Shown here one piece after another: positions 48,621 through 60,500 of a stretch of 64,000 nt of DNA. The notes under the pieces were generated by a model. The model made no database searches. It had not been told where the DNA came from and worked only from the letters and a program-made list of their open reading frames with translations. Position 1 is the first letter of the stretch; every line of letters starts with the position of its first letter. The position numbers and the translations under genes are program-made. The DNA comes from Cyanophora paradoxa CCMP329 (Eukaryota; Plantae; Glaucophyta). Where the stretch lies: contig QPMI01000005.1 of assembly GCA_004431415.1 (NCBI GenBank), positions 310,001 through 374,000 on the forward strand, written 5' to 3'.

Positions 48621-50727
48621 TCACACGCGCGGCCGGCGGCCAGTGGCACAGGCGGCCACGAGCTCGGGGACGGGGTGGGCGGAAGGGAAATCCAGAGCGC
48701 AGGCGACGCCGCGGGCGGCAAGGGCGCGCAGCAGGCGGGCCGCCTCCGGAAGCCGACCCCCCAGGAGCCTGCGGCAGCGCGCACGCCGGACGCGCGGGGT
48801 TGGGAGCCGGCGGGCCGGGCCGGACTGCGACGCTTGCGCACCCATAGAGCTCGCGCCGGCTGCCAGCGACCTTCTCTTTAGCTTTCTGCGCCAGTCGGGC
48901 CTAAGTGGAAGGCGGCGGGGAACTGAAAGGTCAATTGCAGGCTGCCGCACCACGAGGTCATCATGGCTCCACGTGAGCTCGCGGAGGGCAGGCGCCGCGG
49001 GCTCGATCGCGAGGGCGCGGAGCACGGGCACCAGGGGTACAGGGCAGCGGACGATGGAGAGGCGCTCGAGGGCGGGGCAGGCGGCGAGGAGGGCGGCGAG
49101 GGCATCGGGGCCCCCCTCCTCGCCCAGGCAGAGCTCGATGGAGAGGGAGCGGAGGGCGAGGGGCGCCCCCGAGGACCCGACGGCCTCCAGGATGCGCCCG
49201 GCACCGCGTACGTCGCTTAGAGAGAGCTACGGCGAGAGTTAGCGAGTCAGATAGATAAGAGGGGAGGGGGCGAGGCCCGAGGTCGCACCTCGTGCAGGGC
49301 GGCGCTGGCAGGGGAGGCGAGGGCGGTGGCCCACCAGCGGGAGTGCGTGAAGGGGCCCCGGAGGATGAGGGAGCGAAGAACGGGGAAGGAGCCCGCGGGG
49401 GGAGCCGGCGGCCAGAGAGTGGCGTCCTCCGATGAGTCATCCGAATGCGGGCGCGGTATATACCTCCCGTACGGGGGGTAACCGATCCTCGGGGCTCCGC
49501 GGGGGTCGCAGGTGGTGTCGATGGTGAGGCGCGCGACGGCGGGGAGGGCGGCGAGGGCGCAGGCCGTATCCTCCTCGAGCGGAAAGTCCTCTTCGAACAG
49601 GTAGACCCCCAGCAGGGCGAGTTCCTCGAGCGCGGCACCCGCCAGGCTCCGCTCCAGGCCGCCCAGGCAGACCGCGGCGGGGGTGCCCTCGTCGTGCTCG
49701 AGGCGGAGCTCGCGGAGGCCTGGGCCCCCTGGGCGGAGGCCCGGCCGCGGGCGAGGGCTCGTTCAGCGGCATCATCTCGTCCCAGCGGCGGCCTGCCGGG
49801 GCGCCCCGCCATCGGACCGGGCAGGAGTACAGGCATGGGCAGGGGGGTACGGGCACCGTACAGGCCGACGTTGTGCAGGCGGAGGGTGCGGAGGGAGAGG
49901 GCGCAGCGGCGGAGGATCGACTCGGTGAGCCTATCGACCGCCCCCCGCCACTTGTACGCCGAAACGATCTGCGGAGAGCCCCTCACGATCAGGCGTGAAG
50001 GCGGGAAATCAGAGGGAGGACAGGGGGAAAGCGGCGGGCCTCGAGGAAGCAGAGTTGCAGGGTGGGGGCGGCGGTGAGGGCGTCGAGGGACGCGCCGAGC
50101 GCGTTGGCGTCGCTGCCGGGGAGGGCGAGGAGGCGGAGGGAGAGGAGGGAGGGCCAGCAGCTGCAGGGGAGGGCGGAGACGAAGCGGCCGCAGTTCTCGC
50201 AGCCGCCGTCGACGGTGACCTCCCGAAGGCCGGCGAGGCGCGGCGCGCGGTCCGAGAAGAACGCGTCGACGGCCGCCTCGCTCGCGGGCTCGAAGGACGG
50301 GTCCGAGCTGCAGTCGGGGTCCAGCCACCTCTCGGCGCCCTCGTCCCACGTGACGGACTCAAAGAGCGCGAGCGGCCCGCCCGCCGCGTCGATCGCCGAC
50401 TTGAACCGCTTGTTGACCCTGCGGAGCTCGTTCGCCTCGCGCAGCGCCGCGGTCCATTGGCCGGGCTCGTGGCCAGCTGCAGATTCATCGATATCGGACG
50501 CTCCGGCGCCGGCTGGCGTACGCACCGGCCCCGGCAGCTGCGGCGGCGAATTCGGATATCGCGGCAATCACGTGCAAGGCGCGACGGGCACGTTCCACCA
50601 AGGCACACGCGCGGACCTCAAGGGCCAGAGCCCGCATGATCTTGATGAGGATCTCTTCGGCAAGTTCGCCGAGCTTCGCCGCGGGCGAATTGTCCTGCGC
50701 GCGCCGAGCATTAGAGACCCCATCCAT
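48621..50727 (-). CDS. F-box-like / RNI-type LRR protein
   Basis: LGELAEEILIKIMRAL...ELRRVNKRFKSAI (split F-box-like motif) then WPSLLSLRL, LSLRTLRLHNV, PALRELTW repeats; 3' exons uncertain. Confidence 0.55.
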
Positions 50728-51095
50728 GAGTCAGAAAGTGCGTTGGCACACTTTTGCGGGGCTCGAAACTTCGCCTTCGGCATCGCTGCGCGGGCTGCGC
50801 TTCTTCGGCGCCGCGCCCAGGCTGCGGTCGGGCTTGACTTCTTCCGAGGCAGCAGGGACTGCCTTCCGCTTCCCTCCGCGCGCCATGAACGCGCGCGAAT
50901 TGTCTAGAGCGCACGTACGCGCGCTTTGTGCTGGCAGCTTTCCACGCGCTTCGGCGCGGGCGAGAGCCGACGCGTATAACGTACGAAAGCAGACCTGCCG
51001 ATTCTGAACGAGGTGCCGTGCGTCAACTTGGAGTTTGCGTACCCAGGACCGGCATCAAAACTCGGCACGCTCGGCGATCTTAGAGGCGCTCCGCG

Positions 51096-53668
51096 ATGAA
51101 GAAGGTGCGAGTGCGTGCGCCGGACGACCTCACCCTCGCTGACTGGTCGCAGCCTTCGGCAGCTGTCATTGCGGCAGGCGCCGTCGCGGCGGTGGCTGCG
51201 TTTGCAGTCATTCGCTCTCTTCGGAAGCCGGCGAAGAAGTCTTCGAAGGCCGCCGAGCCCGCCGTCAAAGCATCGCAGCCAGCCCAGCCGAAGGCCGCCG
51301 AACAGGCCGCTCCAGTCCAGGCACCGGCCGCGAAGAAGCGGGACGAGTGGGTCAAGCAGGAGATTGCGAAACACCCCGTGATGCTCTTTTCGCGCAAGGT
51401 CGGCTGCAGGTGCGCAGCAGTGCCGGCCGGAGGCTACAGCGCGCGCCGCGGCCCGCGGGCCGCCGCCGCGGGGACGAGGCCGACGCGGCGCGCGCGCCGG
51501 GGCGCGCGCAGGTTCTGCACGAAGCTGAAGGATCTGCTCAAGTCGCTCGGCGCGGCGTTCGAGGCGCGCGCCGGTTCAGCGCCCCGCGGCGCTTCGCGGC
51601 GCGGGGCGGGGCGGGCCTCACGCGGGGCGCAGGTCTGCGACATGGACGAGGTCGAGGACGGGCCGGAGATCCACGCGGCGCTCATCGCCCAGACCAACTG
51701 GAAGACCGTCCCCTGGTCCGCCCGCCCCGCCCCGCCCCGCGCCCCGCCGTGGTTCGCCCGGCGGCCGAGCGCGCGGGGCGCAGCCTCTTCATCGGCGGGA
51801 AGCTCATCGGCGGCTGTGACGACGCGTGCGGCCGGCCCCGCGCTCCGCCCCCGCCCCGCCCGCCATGCCGCTGCGCGGCTGAGCCGCCGCCGCGCCTGCA
51901 GGCACAAGCTGCACGAGCAGGGGAAGCTGGTCGACGCGATCCGCGCGGCAGGCGGCAAGGTGGCCGCCTCCGCCGCCCCGGCCCCGGCGCCGGCGCCGGT
52001 CCCGGCGGCTGCGCCGGCGGCGGCGCCGGCGTCGAAGCGCGACGAGTGGGTCAAGCAGGAGATTGCGAAGCACCCGTGATGCTCTTCTCGCGCAAGGTCG
52101 GCTGCAGGTGCGCACGCCGCTCGAGCGCACGTCGCGGCCCGCGGCCGCCGCCGCGGGGCCGAGGCCGACGCGGCGCGCGCGCCGGGGCGCGCGCAGGTTC
52201 TGCACGAAGCTGAAGGATCTGCTCAAGTCGCTCGGCGCGGCGTTCGAGGCGCGCGCCGGTTCAACGCCCCGCGGCGCTTCGCGGCGCGGCGCGGGGCGGG
52301 CCTCACGCGGGGCGCAGGTCTGCGACATGGACGAGGTCGAGGACGGGCCGGAGATCCACGCGGCGCTCATCGCCCAGACCAACTGGAAGACCGTCCCCTG
52401 GTCCGCCCGCCCCGCCCCGCGCCCCGAACCCGCCCGGCGGCCGAGCGCGCGGGGCGCAGCCTCTTCATCGGCGGGAAGCTCATCGGCGGCTGCGACGACG
52501 CGTGCGGCCGGCCCCGCGCACCGTCCCGCCCGACCGGCCGCCGGGCGGCTGAGCCGGCGCCGCGCCTGTAGGCACAAGCTGCACGAGCAGGGGAAGCTGG
52601 TCGACGCGATCCGCGCGGCAGGCGGCAAGGTCGCCGCCCCGCCGCCCCAGCGCCGGCGCCGGCCCCGGCGGCTGCGCCGGCGGCCGCGCCGGCTCCCACC
52701 CCCTCAAAGCCCGCCGACGACGATGTGGCTACCCCCGTCACGGTGCGCAGCGGGGCCGTACCCCTCCCCCGCGTCCTGGCGCCGGTTCGAATCCCGCCGC
52801 AGGCCGCCCTTGCGACGGTCGTCGAGGCGGTCGAGAAGGCGGCGAGCGCGGGTTCGACTCCAGCCGGGACGCCTTCCAAGGCGGCCGCGCCGGAGTCCGG
52901 CCGCGCCGCGTGGGTCAAGGAGCAGGCGAGCCGGCGCGGACTTCGATCCCGCCCGTCGCGCCTCTGACCGTGTACCCCCCACCCCTCCCCGCAGATTGCC
53001 AAGCACCCCGTGATGCTCTTCTCGCGCTCTGTCGGCTGCCGCTTCTGCACCAAGCTCAAGGCACGCCGTACCCCCCCCCCCCCGAAATCCTCTCCTCCCA
53101 GTGTACCCCGACGCCAACCCGTACCCCCCAGGGCCTGCTGAAGTCCCTCAACATCCCCTTCGAGGCCTGCGAGATGGACCTGGTGCGCCCTGTACCCCTT
53201 CCTCTCCTAGTCCCCCTTGCGGCGGGGTACAAGATGAGATCCGGTCCTCGCCTGCGCGATGAGCCGAGCTCCCGGCGGGCCGAGCCACCGCCTTCGACTC
53301 AGACTTTAGGCTGTGCGCCCCCCGCGAGCTGAGCCGTTCCGCCCCGCCCCGCAGGAGGAGGACGGGCCGGAGATCCACGCGGCGCTCGTCGCCCAGACCA
53401 GCTGGAAGACCGTCCCCTGGTCCCCCCGCCCCGCCCCGCCCCGCCCGCCCCCGCCGTGGTTCGCCCGGCGGCCGAGCGCTCGGGGCGCAGCCTCTTCATC
53501 GGCGGGAAACTCATCGGCGGCTGCGACGACGCGTGCGGCCGTTCCCCACTCGTCCCTTCCTTCAGGCCCCCTCGCCTTCTCTGCTCTGACTTCGCTCGGC
53601 GCAGGCACAAGCTGCACGACGAGGGCAAGCTCGTCCCGGCGGTCAAGGCCACCGGGGCGAAGCTCTGA
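51096..53668 (+). CDS. Triple-domain dithiol glutaredoxin (CRFC x3) with N-terminal hydrophobic anchor and C-terminal AKL
   Basis: Each domain: PVMLFSRxVGCRFCTKLK...WKTVPCLFIGGKLIGGCDD; 1-nt loss in a C-run at about 52073 breaks the frame (probably a sequencing indel). Confidence 0.88.
51342..52700 (+). repeat. Recent about 700-bp tandem duplication (glutaredoxin domains 1 and 2, including introns)
   Basis: GACGAGTGGGTCAAGCAGG at 51342 and 52041; exons and introns nearly identical. Confidence 0.92.
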
Positions 53669-53811
53669 CTTGCACCCCGGCCCCCGCCTCTGGCTCTGTA
53701 GCTGTAGGTAGCGTTGATATCGGTGCAAATTCTAAAGCGACGACTGGCTCCCCGCTCTGGCTCTGTAGCTGTAGGTTGCTTTGCAATTGATACAAATTCT
53801 AAGAGCGACGA

Positions 53812-55336
53812 CGTCAACACTATTTGGGGAAGGACCTCCTTCCCCTTTCCCCACTTGGGGGGTGTCCGGGTGCCCACCCTAGGCCAAAATGAAATGTCCC
53901 GACCTCCCAAAACCCGGGTTTTCTCGCCGGATCCTAGCAAAGCATGTCCCTAGGAGTACGGAAACGTGTTCCGGGAAATTTGGGCCCCGTCGGGTCGACC
54001 AGGAATGGGCAATAACACATTTTCGGAAAATGCAATCTAGCGCCTCACCAAGTGGCGGTATATCTGCCGGACCGAGTGCTCCTGAATGCGCTTGATGTGC
54101 CCGACGAGTCATGTCATACATTCCGAGACCGGAGGAGCACAGGGTAGCCCGCCAGGCCGCCTCAAGTACCTGTTGTACCGGACGCCGGAAAAAAGAGCTC
54201 CTGCGAGTCGGGAGCCGATTGCTGGGTACGCAGTACTACGTTCTCGCCATGGCGCGCCGAGGTGGACGTCGACAAGCTCGAGGGCGTGGCGCCGACCCGT
54301 GACCTGCCGACCAGCAAAGTTCGTTTCGTTCCCAAGCTTCGTTCTCAGCATATCGCGTCCATGTCGCAGATCAGCGCATCTGCGTCTGCGATCTCTCTGA
54401 ATGGTTCTAGATCTCCTTCGTGCCAGCCGCATGGTCAGATGCTCGAGCCTCACTCGAGCTCGCTCGTGTGGGCGCTCGCGCCGCGTCGCGCGGCGCCGGC
54501 CGCGGCCGCGGCCGCACCATGGCCAGGTGCGAACGAATGCATGCAGGTGCGCTCGCGCGGCGCCGGCCGCGACCTTCAGCTGTGCATGCAGGCTTCGAAT
54601 TCGCGAGAGGCAGCAGCGAGACGCAGCAGCGAGCGTCGCAGCTGGGCATCAACATCGCATCTGTTCCATCGGTACCGGTGCGCATGCTGCACAGCTGTGC
54701 TCGTCGCTTCCTCTACCTCCGGGTGCATGCTTGCCACCCTCAGCCTTGCACCCGCATACAATCGACCGGGTCGAGCCGCGAGCAAGCATCACATCGATAT
54801 CACCTCCAAGACCTCGGCCTCCGCCTCCTTTGACGGCGCGCCCGTCCGCCTTGCTGCGCTCCTCGCCTCCGCCCGCGCCAACGCCGGCCAACCCCGGCGC
54901 GGCGGCGCGGCTCGCTGTACGGGTGGGGGCTCGGCGGGCGGCGGCGCGGCCTGCCTGGCCGGGCGGAGGCGCGGCGGGCGGCGGCGCGGCTCGCCGGGCG
55001 GGGCGGAGGCCGGCGGGCGGCGGCGCGGCTCGCCGGGCGGGGCGGAGGCGCGGCGGGCGGCGGCGCGGCGGGCGGCGGCGCTTCTCAAGATCTAGAGCCT
55101 CTGAGCTAGATCTTGTCCTCCCCCACTTCTGAAACAAGCAACGAATTCGAACTGCTATCAGAGTCGACGTCCACACTATCTCGGCTCAAAGCTAATTATA
55201 ACATGACCACTGGGCCATGGCCAGGGGTGACCTTTAAATTTCCTGCTCAACCTTAAGAGGTCCTTCCCCTCCAACAGGGGCATTGCAACTGCAGTGTCCC
55301 TGTTCCGTTCATACTAATTTCGAAGGCCAGAGCGTG
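53812..55336. mobile_element. Putative non-autonomous inserted element
   Basis: Flanked by a direct repeat (53742-53811 vs 55337-55430); 13-bp inverted repeat GGGGAAGGACCTC (53826-53838) / GAGGTCCTTCCCC (55257-55269); no recognisable transposase. Confidence 0.4.
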
Positions 55337-55435
55337 ACTGGCGCCCCGCTCTGGCTCTGTAGCTGTAGCTGTAGCTGTAGGTAGCTTTGCAATTGCAAGT
55401 TTACATGTACACGGATTTTGAATGCGACGACACTA

Positions 55436-55681
55436 ACTTCGAATCGAAGTACGAAGGCGCGCGAGCGCGTGGAAGCAGCGAGGTGCACTCTAGCTGAACT
55501 AAAAGCGGGCGCGCCAGCGGCGAGCCCAGGATGCGACCCGGCTCGCCCCTGCGGCTATATACTTCGAATTGAAGTACGAAGGCGCGCGAGCGCGTGGAAG
55601 CAGCGAGGTGCACTCTAGCTGAACTAAAAGCGGGCGCGCCAGCGACGAGCCCAGGATGCGACCCGGCTCGCCCCTGCGGCT
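55436..55681. repeat. About 125-bp tandem duplication x2
   Basis: ACTTCGAAT.GAAGTACGAAGGCGCG...CCCCTGCGGCT at 55436 and 55561. Confidence 0.92.
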
Positions 55682-56402
55682 GTCCGCTTCAGGAGGGCAC
55701 TGGCCCCCGCGAGGGCAGCGTATCCCGCCGTTAGCTCCAGCAGCGACGGGCCCTCCTTCTCCTGCGAGTATCATACATCAGAATTTTAATTTATTCGATG
55801 GCTCGGCGTCGAAGTAGATCAGACCGGCCAGGGCCAATGAAGCGGGTAGGAAGCTCGCGGGGCGAAGTGGACGCGGAAGAGGCGGCGTGCGGCGGCCGCG
55901 TCCCGCTCCAGCTCCCTCGCCGCTTGAGCGGGGTTCTGCATTAAATATTCCGGGGCATCAGAATATTAATGATCGTGGCCAGACCTGGAGTTAATCGTGG
56001 GGCGAGCAGGGGGACGGGCCTGGCAGCGGCTGACGAGGAAGAGGTGCAGAGGTAGATCAGAGTATTCCTGTGCATGTGTGTGGCGGGGCGATTAGCTGGC
56101 CGATGAGCACGGTGGAGGCGGTGTCGCGTGCGAGATTAGTGTGTCTAATCGTGCGCGCGGGATGCCCGTGCGGAGTGCAAGCTCGGCAGGGCAGGGAATG
56201 GCGAGTGTCGCTGTAGTTAGTCACCAAGATCCAGACTCTGGGTGTACCCGTCCAGATACGGCGTACCCCGACACGAATACAAGTGACCGCGGCGCTCTAA
56301 CTAGCCTAGGCGCCGTCGGTCCAGCAGCTCGAAGGCTGACATAATCTAGAGCCCTAGCGGCTCACAAATATAAATGAGCATCCGATAATGTCGGATGCGA
56401 CA

Positions 56403-56414
56403 ACTCCTCCTCTC
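56403..56414 (-). other. Polypurine tract preceding the 3' LTR
   Basis: Minus strand GAGAGGAGGAGT is immediately followed by TGTCGCATC (LTR-type TG start at 56402). Confidence 0.65.
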
Positions 56415-57539
56415 GGATCCCGCGTCCGCGCGGGTCTAAATAAATACAAATCGACCGGCCATAGCTACTGCCGGGAATCGAAAAAAGACTCAGAGTCTGT
56501 CCGTGCCCGGCAACTGCCGGGAATAGAAAAGACGCCGAGCCCGGCTATGTACGTGTCCGGCGACTGCCGGGAATCGAAAAGACTGCCGCCCGGCAAGCGC
56601 CGGCGCGACTCCAGCGTGTAGTGCCCAGGGGGCGAGGTCCAACTTCGGGCCGGCGGCCCAGGCAAACCCGCACGAGGCGAGCGGTACGGAGACAGAAGCC
56701 GAGGGGGGCCCTGCCCTCATCGCGCAGCACGTTAGCCGCAAGAGCGCACGCTGCAACAGCAACGCGGGGCGTAGCGTCGCGATGGCGCTCGATAGCCCAC
56801 AGCAATATGCCCGTCCCAGCGCTTAGGGATATGCAGCCCGTCGTGCGACGCTGCCTAGGCACAAGCCGCGCTCCCACAGCAATTGCACGGCATCGAATCG
56901 GGGACCCCGACGGCGGTGGAGCTAGGGATCTCCAGGGCGAGGCTAGGCGCCGCCCACAGGGCTCAAACCACCGTCACTCGTGACGGCAGGTGCCCTGCCC
57001 GACCCGTGCATGCACGTCCATTGCGAGGGGGACGTGACCCTCCCAGGCGAACTGCCACCGAGCGTCCCGGTGCAGAGCCCTGAATGGGGGAATTTTTGCG
57101 TCCCCAGTCGTCGTACCCGGAGTGGGATCCGGCGTAACGACCGCCTGCGTGTACCCCACCGGCGCAAGGCGCGCCCTGGTACACCGCCAGGTCTTACACG
57201 GAGGGGGAATGGACATCCCCTGTCGCTGTACCCGAGGCAGAACTCGGCGTCACAGCCGCCTACCGACCCTTCTGCAGACGCGAGGCGCGTCCTAGGGCTC
57301 GGCTAGGTCTTCGGAGGGCCCCAGCCCTGTCACCGTGCCGAGCTGTGCTCAAGGCCACCGGCCGCCCGCGGCTCATCCAATTTGCCCGGGTCTTTACAAG
57401 GGACTCGCACCCTGTCACCGCGCCGAGCTGTGCTCAAGGCTGACGGCCGCCCGCAGCCTCTTCTCTCGGCTCGGGGCTTTCGCGTTGTGCGCGGGGCTCT
57501 GAGGCCCGTCGATCCAGCCCGCCTCGGGCGATCTCTTGC

Positions 57540-60500
57540 TCAGCGCTGCCAAGGGGCTAGCGCAGCCGCTCTCATGTCCTTGCCCTCGCGTGGGGTCGGG
57601 ACGCGGCTCGGAGCCGGCTTTCCCTTAAGCCGCTCCCGCCGGAGCCGCCGGCGCTGCGGCCGCGGCAGCCGGCCCACCCGCCGCCTTGGGCCGCCCTCGG
57701 CCGGCCGTGCAGGCGCGTTCGCGTCTCGCACGCGGAACGGGATCATGCAGTCGATATGCACGATCGTCTCACGGGTGTCGCGCGCCTTCTGGCGGCCGGC
57801 GCCCACCGCGCCGTAGGGCCGCGCAAGGCCACGTACGACGTACGTGTACCCGCCCGGGTGCACGCTCATGACGGTGAAAGGGCCGACCCAGGAGTTGAAC
57901 AACCCCTTGTCACGGTCGCCCAGCCAGCACAGGACTTTGTCGCCCACGCCGAAGCGGCGGCGGTCCGGCAGGTCACCCGTCCGGTGCACCATTTGGCGGC
58001 GGTACCAGCGGCGGTACTCGCGCACTGCAGCCTCGCGGCTCTTCGCGGAACGCACTACGATTGACACGTAGTCGGCGTAGCTAAGGGTGTCGAGCATCTC
58101 GACCCCGAAGCGCACGTCCGCGGGCAGCGTGAGCTCGTGCCCCAGGTGCAGGAGCGCGGGCGAGTAGCCCGTGGCCGCGTGCACGGTCGTGCGGAGCGCC
58201 AGCTGCACCTCGTGCACGTGCTGGTCCCACTCGTGCATCGGCTCGCGCTCGGCGCGGCACGCCGCGTGGAGCAGCGTCTTCACGACGCCCCCAGCCGCTC
58301 TACCAGCCCATTCGTCGAATGGTGGTACGCAGCGGCGTAAATGAAACGAGTCCCGAGCTTCCGGAAGTACTCGTTGAACGGGCCGCCCTTCAGGCTGGAC
58401 CCGTTGTCCATGAGGAGGCGCAGCGGCACGCCCTCATTCGAGACGAAGTCTCGGCCCATTTCGAGCATGGACCAGCCGTCCAGGTCGGCTTTCGGGTACA
58501 GCCGCGTGTACTTGTCCCACGCGTTCACCCAGGCAACCAAATACCGGTTGCCGCGCGGCGTCGGGTCAAGGTGGAACACGTCCACCTGCCACAAGTCATT
58601 CCGGCCCTCGGCCTCGATGACTGCGATCGCGGTTCGCCGCGGCTTCACAGCCTTGGCGAACTGGCAGCAATGGCAGCTCCGCACGTAGCGAGCGACTGCC
58701 GCAAGCATGCCCGGCCACCAGAACCTCAGCAGGATCCGGCGGGCGACGATCGAGGCGCCGCGGTGGCCCCACCCATCGTGGTACGCGTACAGGACGCGGT
58801 CCTGCCAGGACTCAGGCAGGACGGGCACGAAGCGCCCGTGGGGCGCGGCCGGGCGGCGGACGAGCACGCCGTCTGTGTCCACGTCAAATTTCTGGGCGAA
58901 TTTGACGAAGGCCGCCTTGGCCTGACTGCAGAGGTAGCAGTCGCCCGTCTGGCAGGAGGCGCGCGTGCAGCGCGCCTCGTTCACGCCGTTCTCGTGCCAG
59001 GAGAACAGCTTGCGGCACAGCGAGTCCGCCTTCTGCGCAGCGAGCAGCCGGACTCGCCGCGCGGGGAACATGTGGCGCAGGGCCTCGGGCAGGGGCCCGT
59101 CAAGGGAAGGCGGCGGCGCGCAATCCCAGGTGTCCTGGACCAGCTCCAGCAAGCGCGGCTTGCGGCGGTCTCGGACCTCGCCCAGCTCAGGGCCAGGGGC
59201 GATGGCGCTGGACGAGAGGAGCTCCCGTTCCAGGCCGCGGCTGGGCCGCCGCTCGAGCCGGCGTCGCCGCTCGAGGGCGCCTCAGGGGCAGCCGGCGGCT
59301 CAGATGAGCCCGCTGTCGCCGCAGTGGTCGACGCAGCCGCGGAGGACGACGCCGCCGGGGCGCCGCCCTCGGGCCCCTCGTCGGGATCGTCCTGACGGGG
59401 GTACAGCGGCGGGCCGCAGCGCCAGTGGCGCGGGTTGTCGGCCTTGCGGGGCGTCTTGCCCCGGCGCGGGGCCTCAGGCGGACGCTGGTCGCGCGGCAGG
59501 GGCGCGACAGGCCCCTCGTAGCGCCGCGGTCCCGACGGGAGCCGGCGGCGTACGCGATCGAGGAGGGTAACGGGAACCCGTCCTCGTCGAGCTCAAGCTC
59601 GGACGCCTCGCGCGGGCCTCAGGCCCGGCACGGGCGGGCGACCTCGCCATCGGAGCCCAGCTCCATGGGGTCGGCCTCGGGAGCCGGCGGTGGGCTCGGA
59701 GAGCGCGGGGCCGGCGGCAGGCCCTGCTCGACAGCGAGGCGGTGCCACTCGTCAACCTCCTGCCGCATCGCGGCCCAGGTGGTCGGCTTGCGGCCGCGCC
59801 GGGTCGGCGGGCCGGCCTGCGGCAGCTGCAGGGCTGCGGGCAGGGGCGCCTCCTGCCCAGCGGCAGGGGCTCGGGGTTCGGGCGGCGCCGGGGCCCCCTG
59901 GGGCTCGTCTTCGGCGTCCGCCGGCGCGGCTCTGGGCGCGCGCTCGGAGCGGGAGACGGGCTCATCGTCGGAGCCCTCTCGGAAGGCCTCAGGCGGCGCG
60001 CGCGTCCGGCGTGGACGCGGCCCCTGGGCGGGCTGGACGTCTCGCCTCGCGGCGGGAGCGCCCTCGAAGGCGAGCTGGCGCCGGAGACGGGCCTGTCGCC
60101 TCGCGACGAGGATCTCCGCCCGACTCGGCGGGGCCGCCGGCGTTTCGGCCTCGGCGGGCCCAGGCGCATGGGCGGGGCCCGGCAGCGCGGCCTCGTCCGG
60201 CTCATCCGCCAGCTCGGTCAGGCGGGGGCCCGGCGGGGCTTCCACGGCAACCCGGGCGTCCGCAGCGCCCTCGGCGCCCAGAGCGACTGCAAACAGCGGC
60301 AGCGGCTCATCGAGGTCGCCGGGCTGGGGCACGCCATGCCCCGCAGCGCCAGCCAGCGCGTCAGGCGCGGCTGAGCTGCCGTCGGCGCCGCCAGGGGCGA
60401 GAACCGGGTGGTTCAACGGGGGCCGCGAGCAGGCGTCGGGCCCTCCGTTATTGCGCCCCGCGCGGTACTCTACGACGAAGTCGTAGGACTGCAGGAGGAG

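Noticed and set aside
1-53668. Introner-type transposon family behind the many short introns
   Set aside because: No shared intron sequence was seen between non-homologous positions beyond short motifs; similarity is limited to duplicated genes or domains. A genome-wide all-vs-all intron comparison would be needed to exclude it fully
54262-55095. 277-aa ORF as a transposase
   Set aside because: Low complexity, no DDE/HUH/tyrosine-recombinase motifs, and it runs through a GC minisatellite
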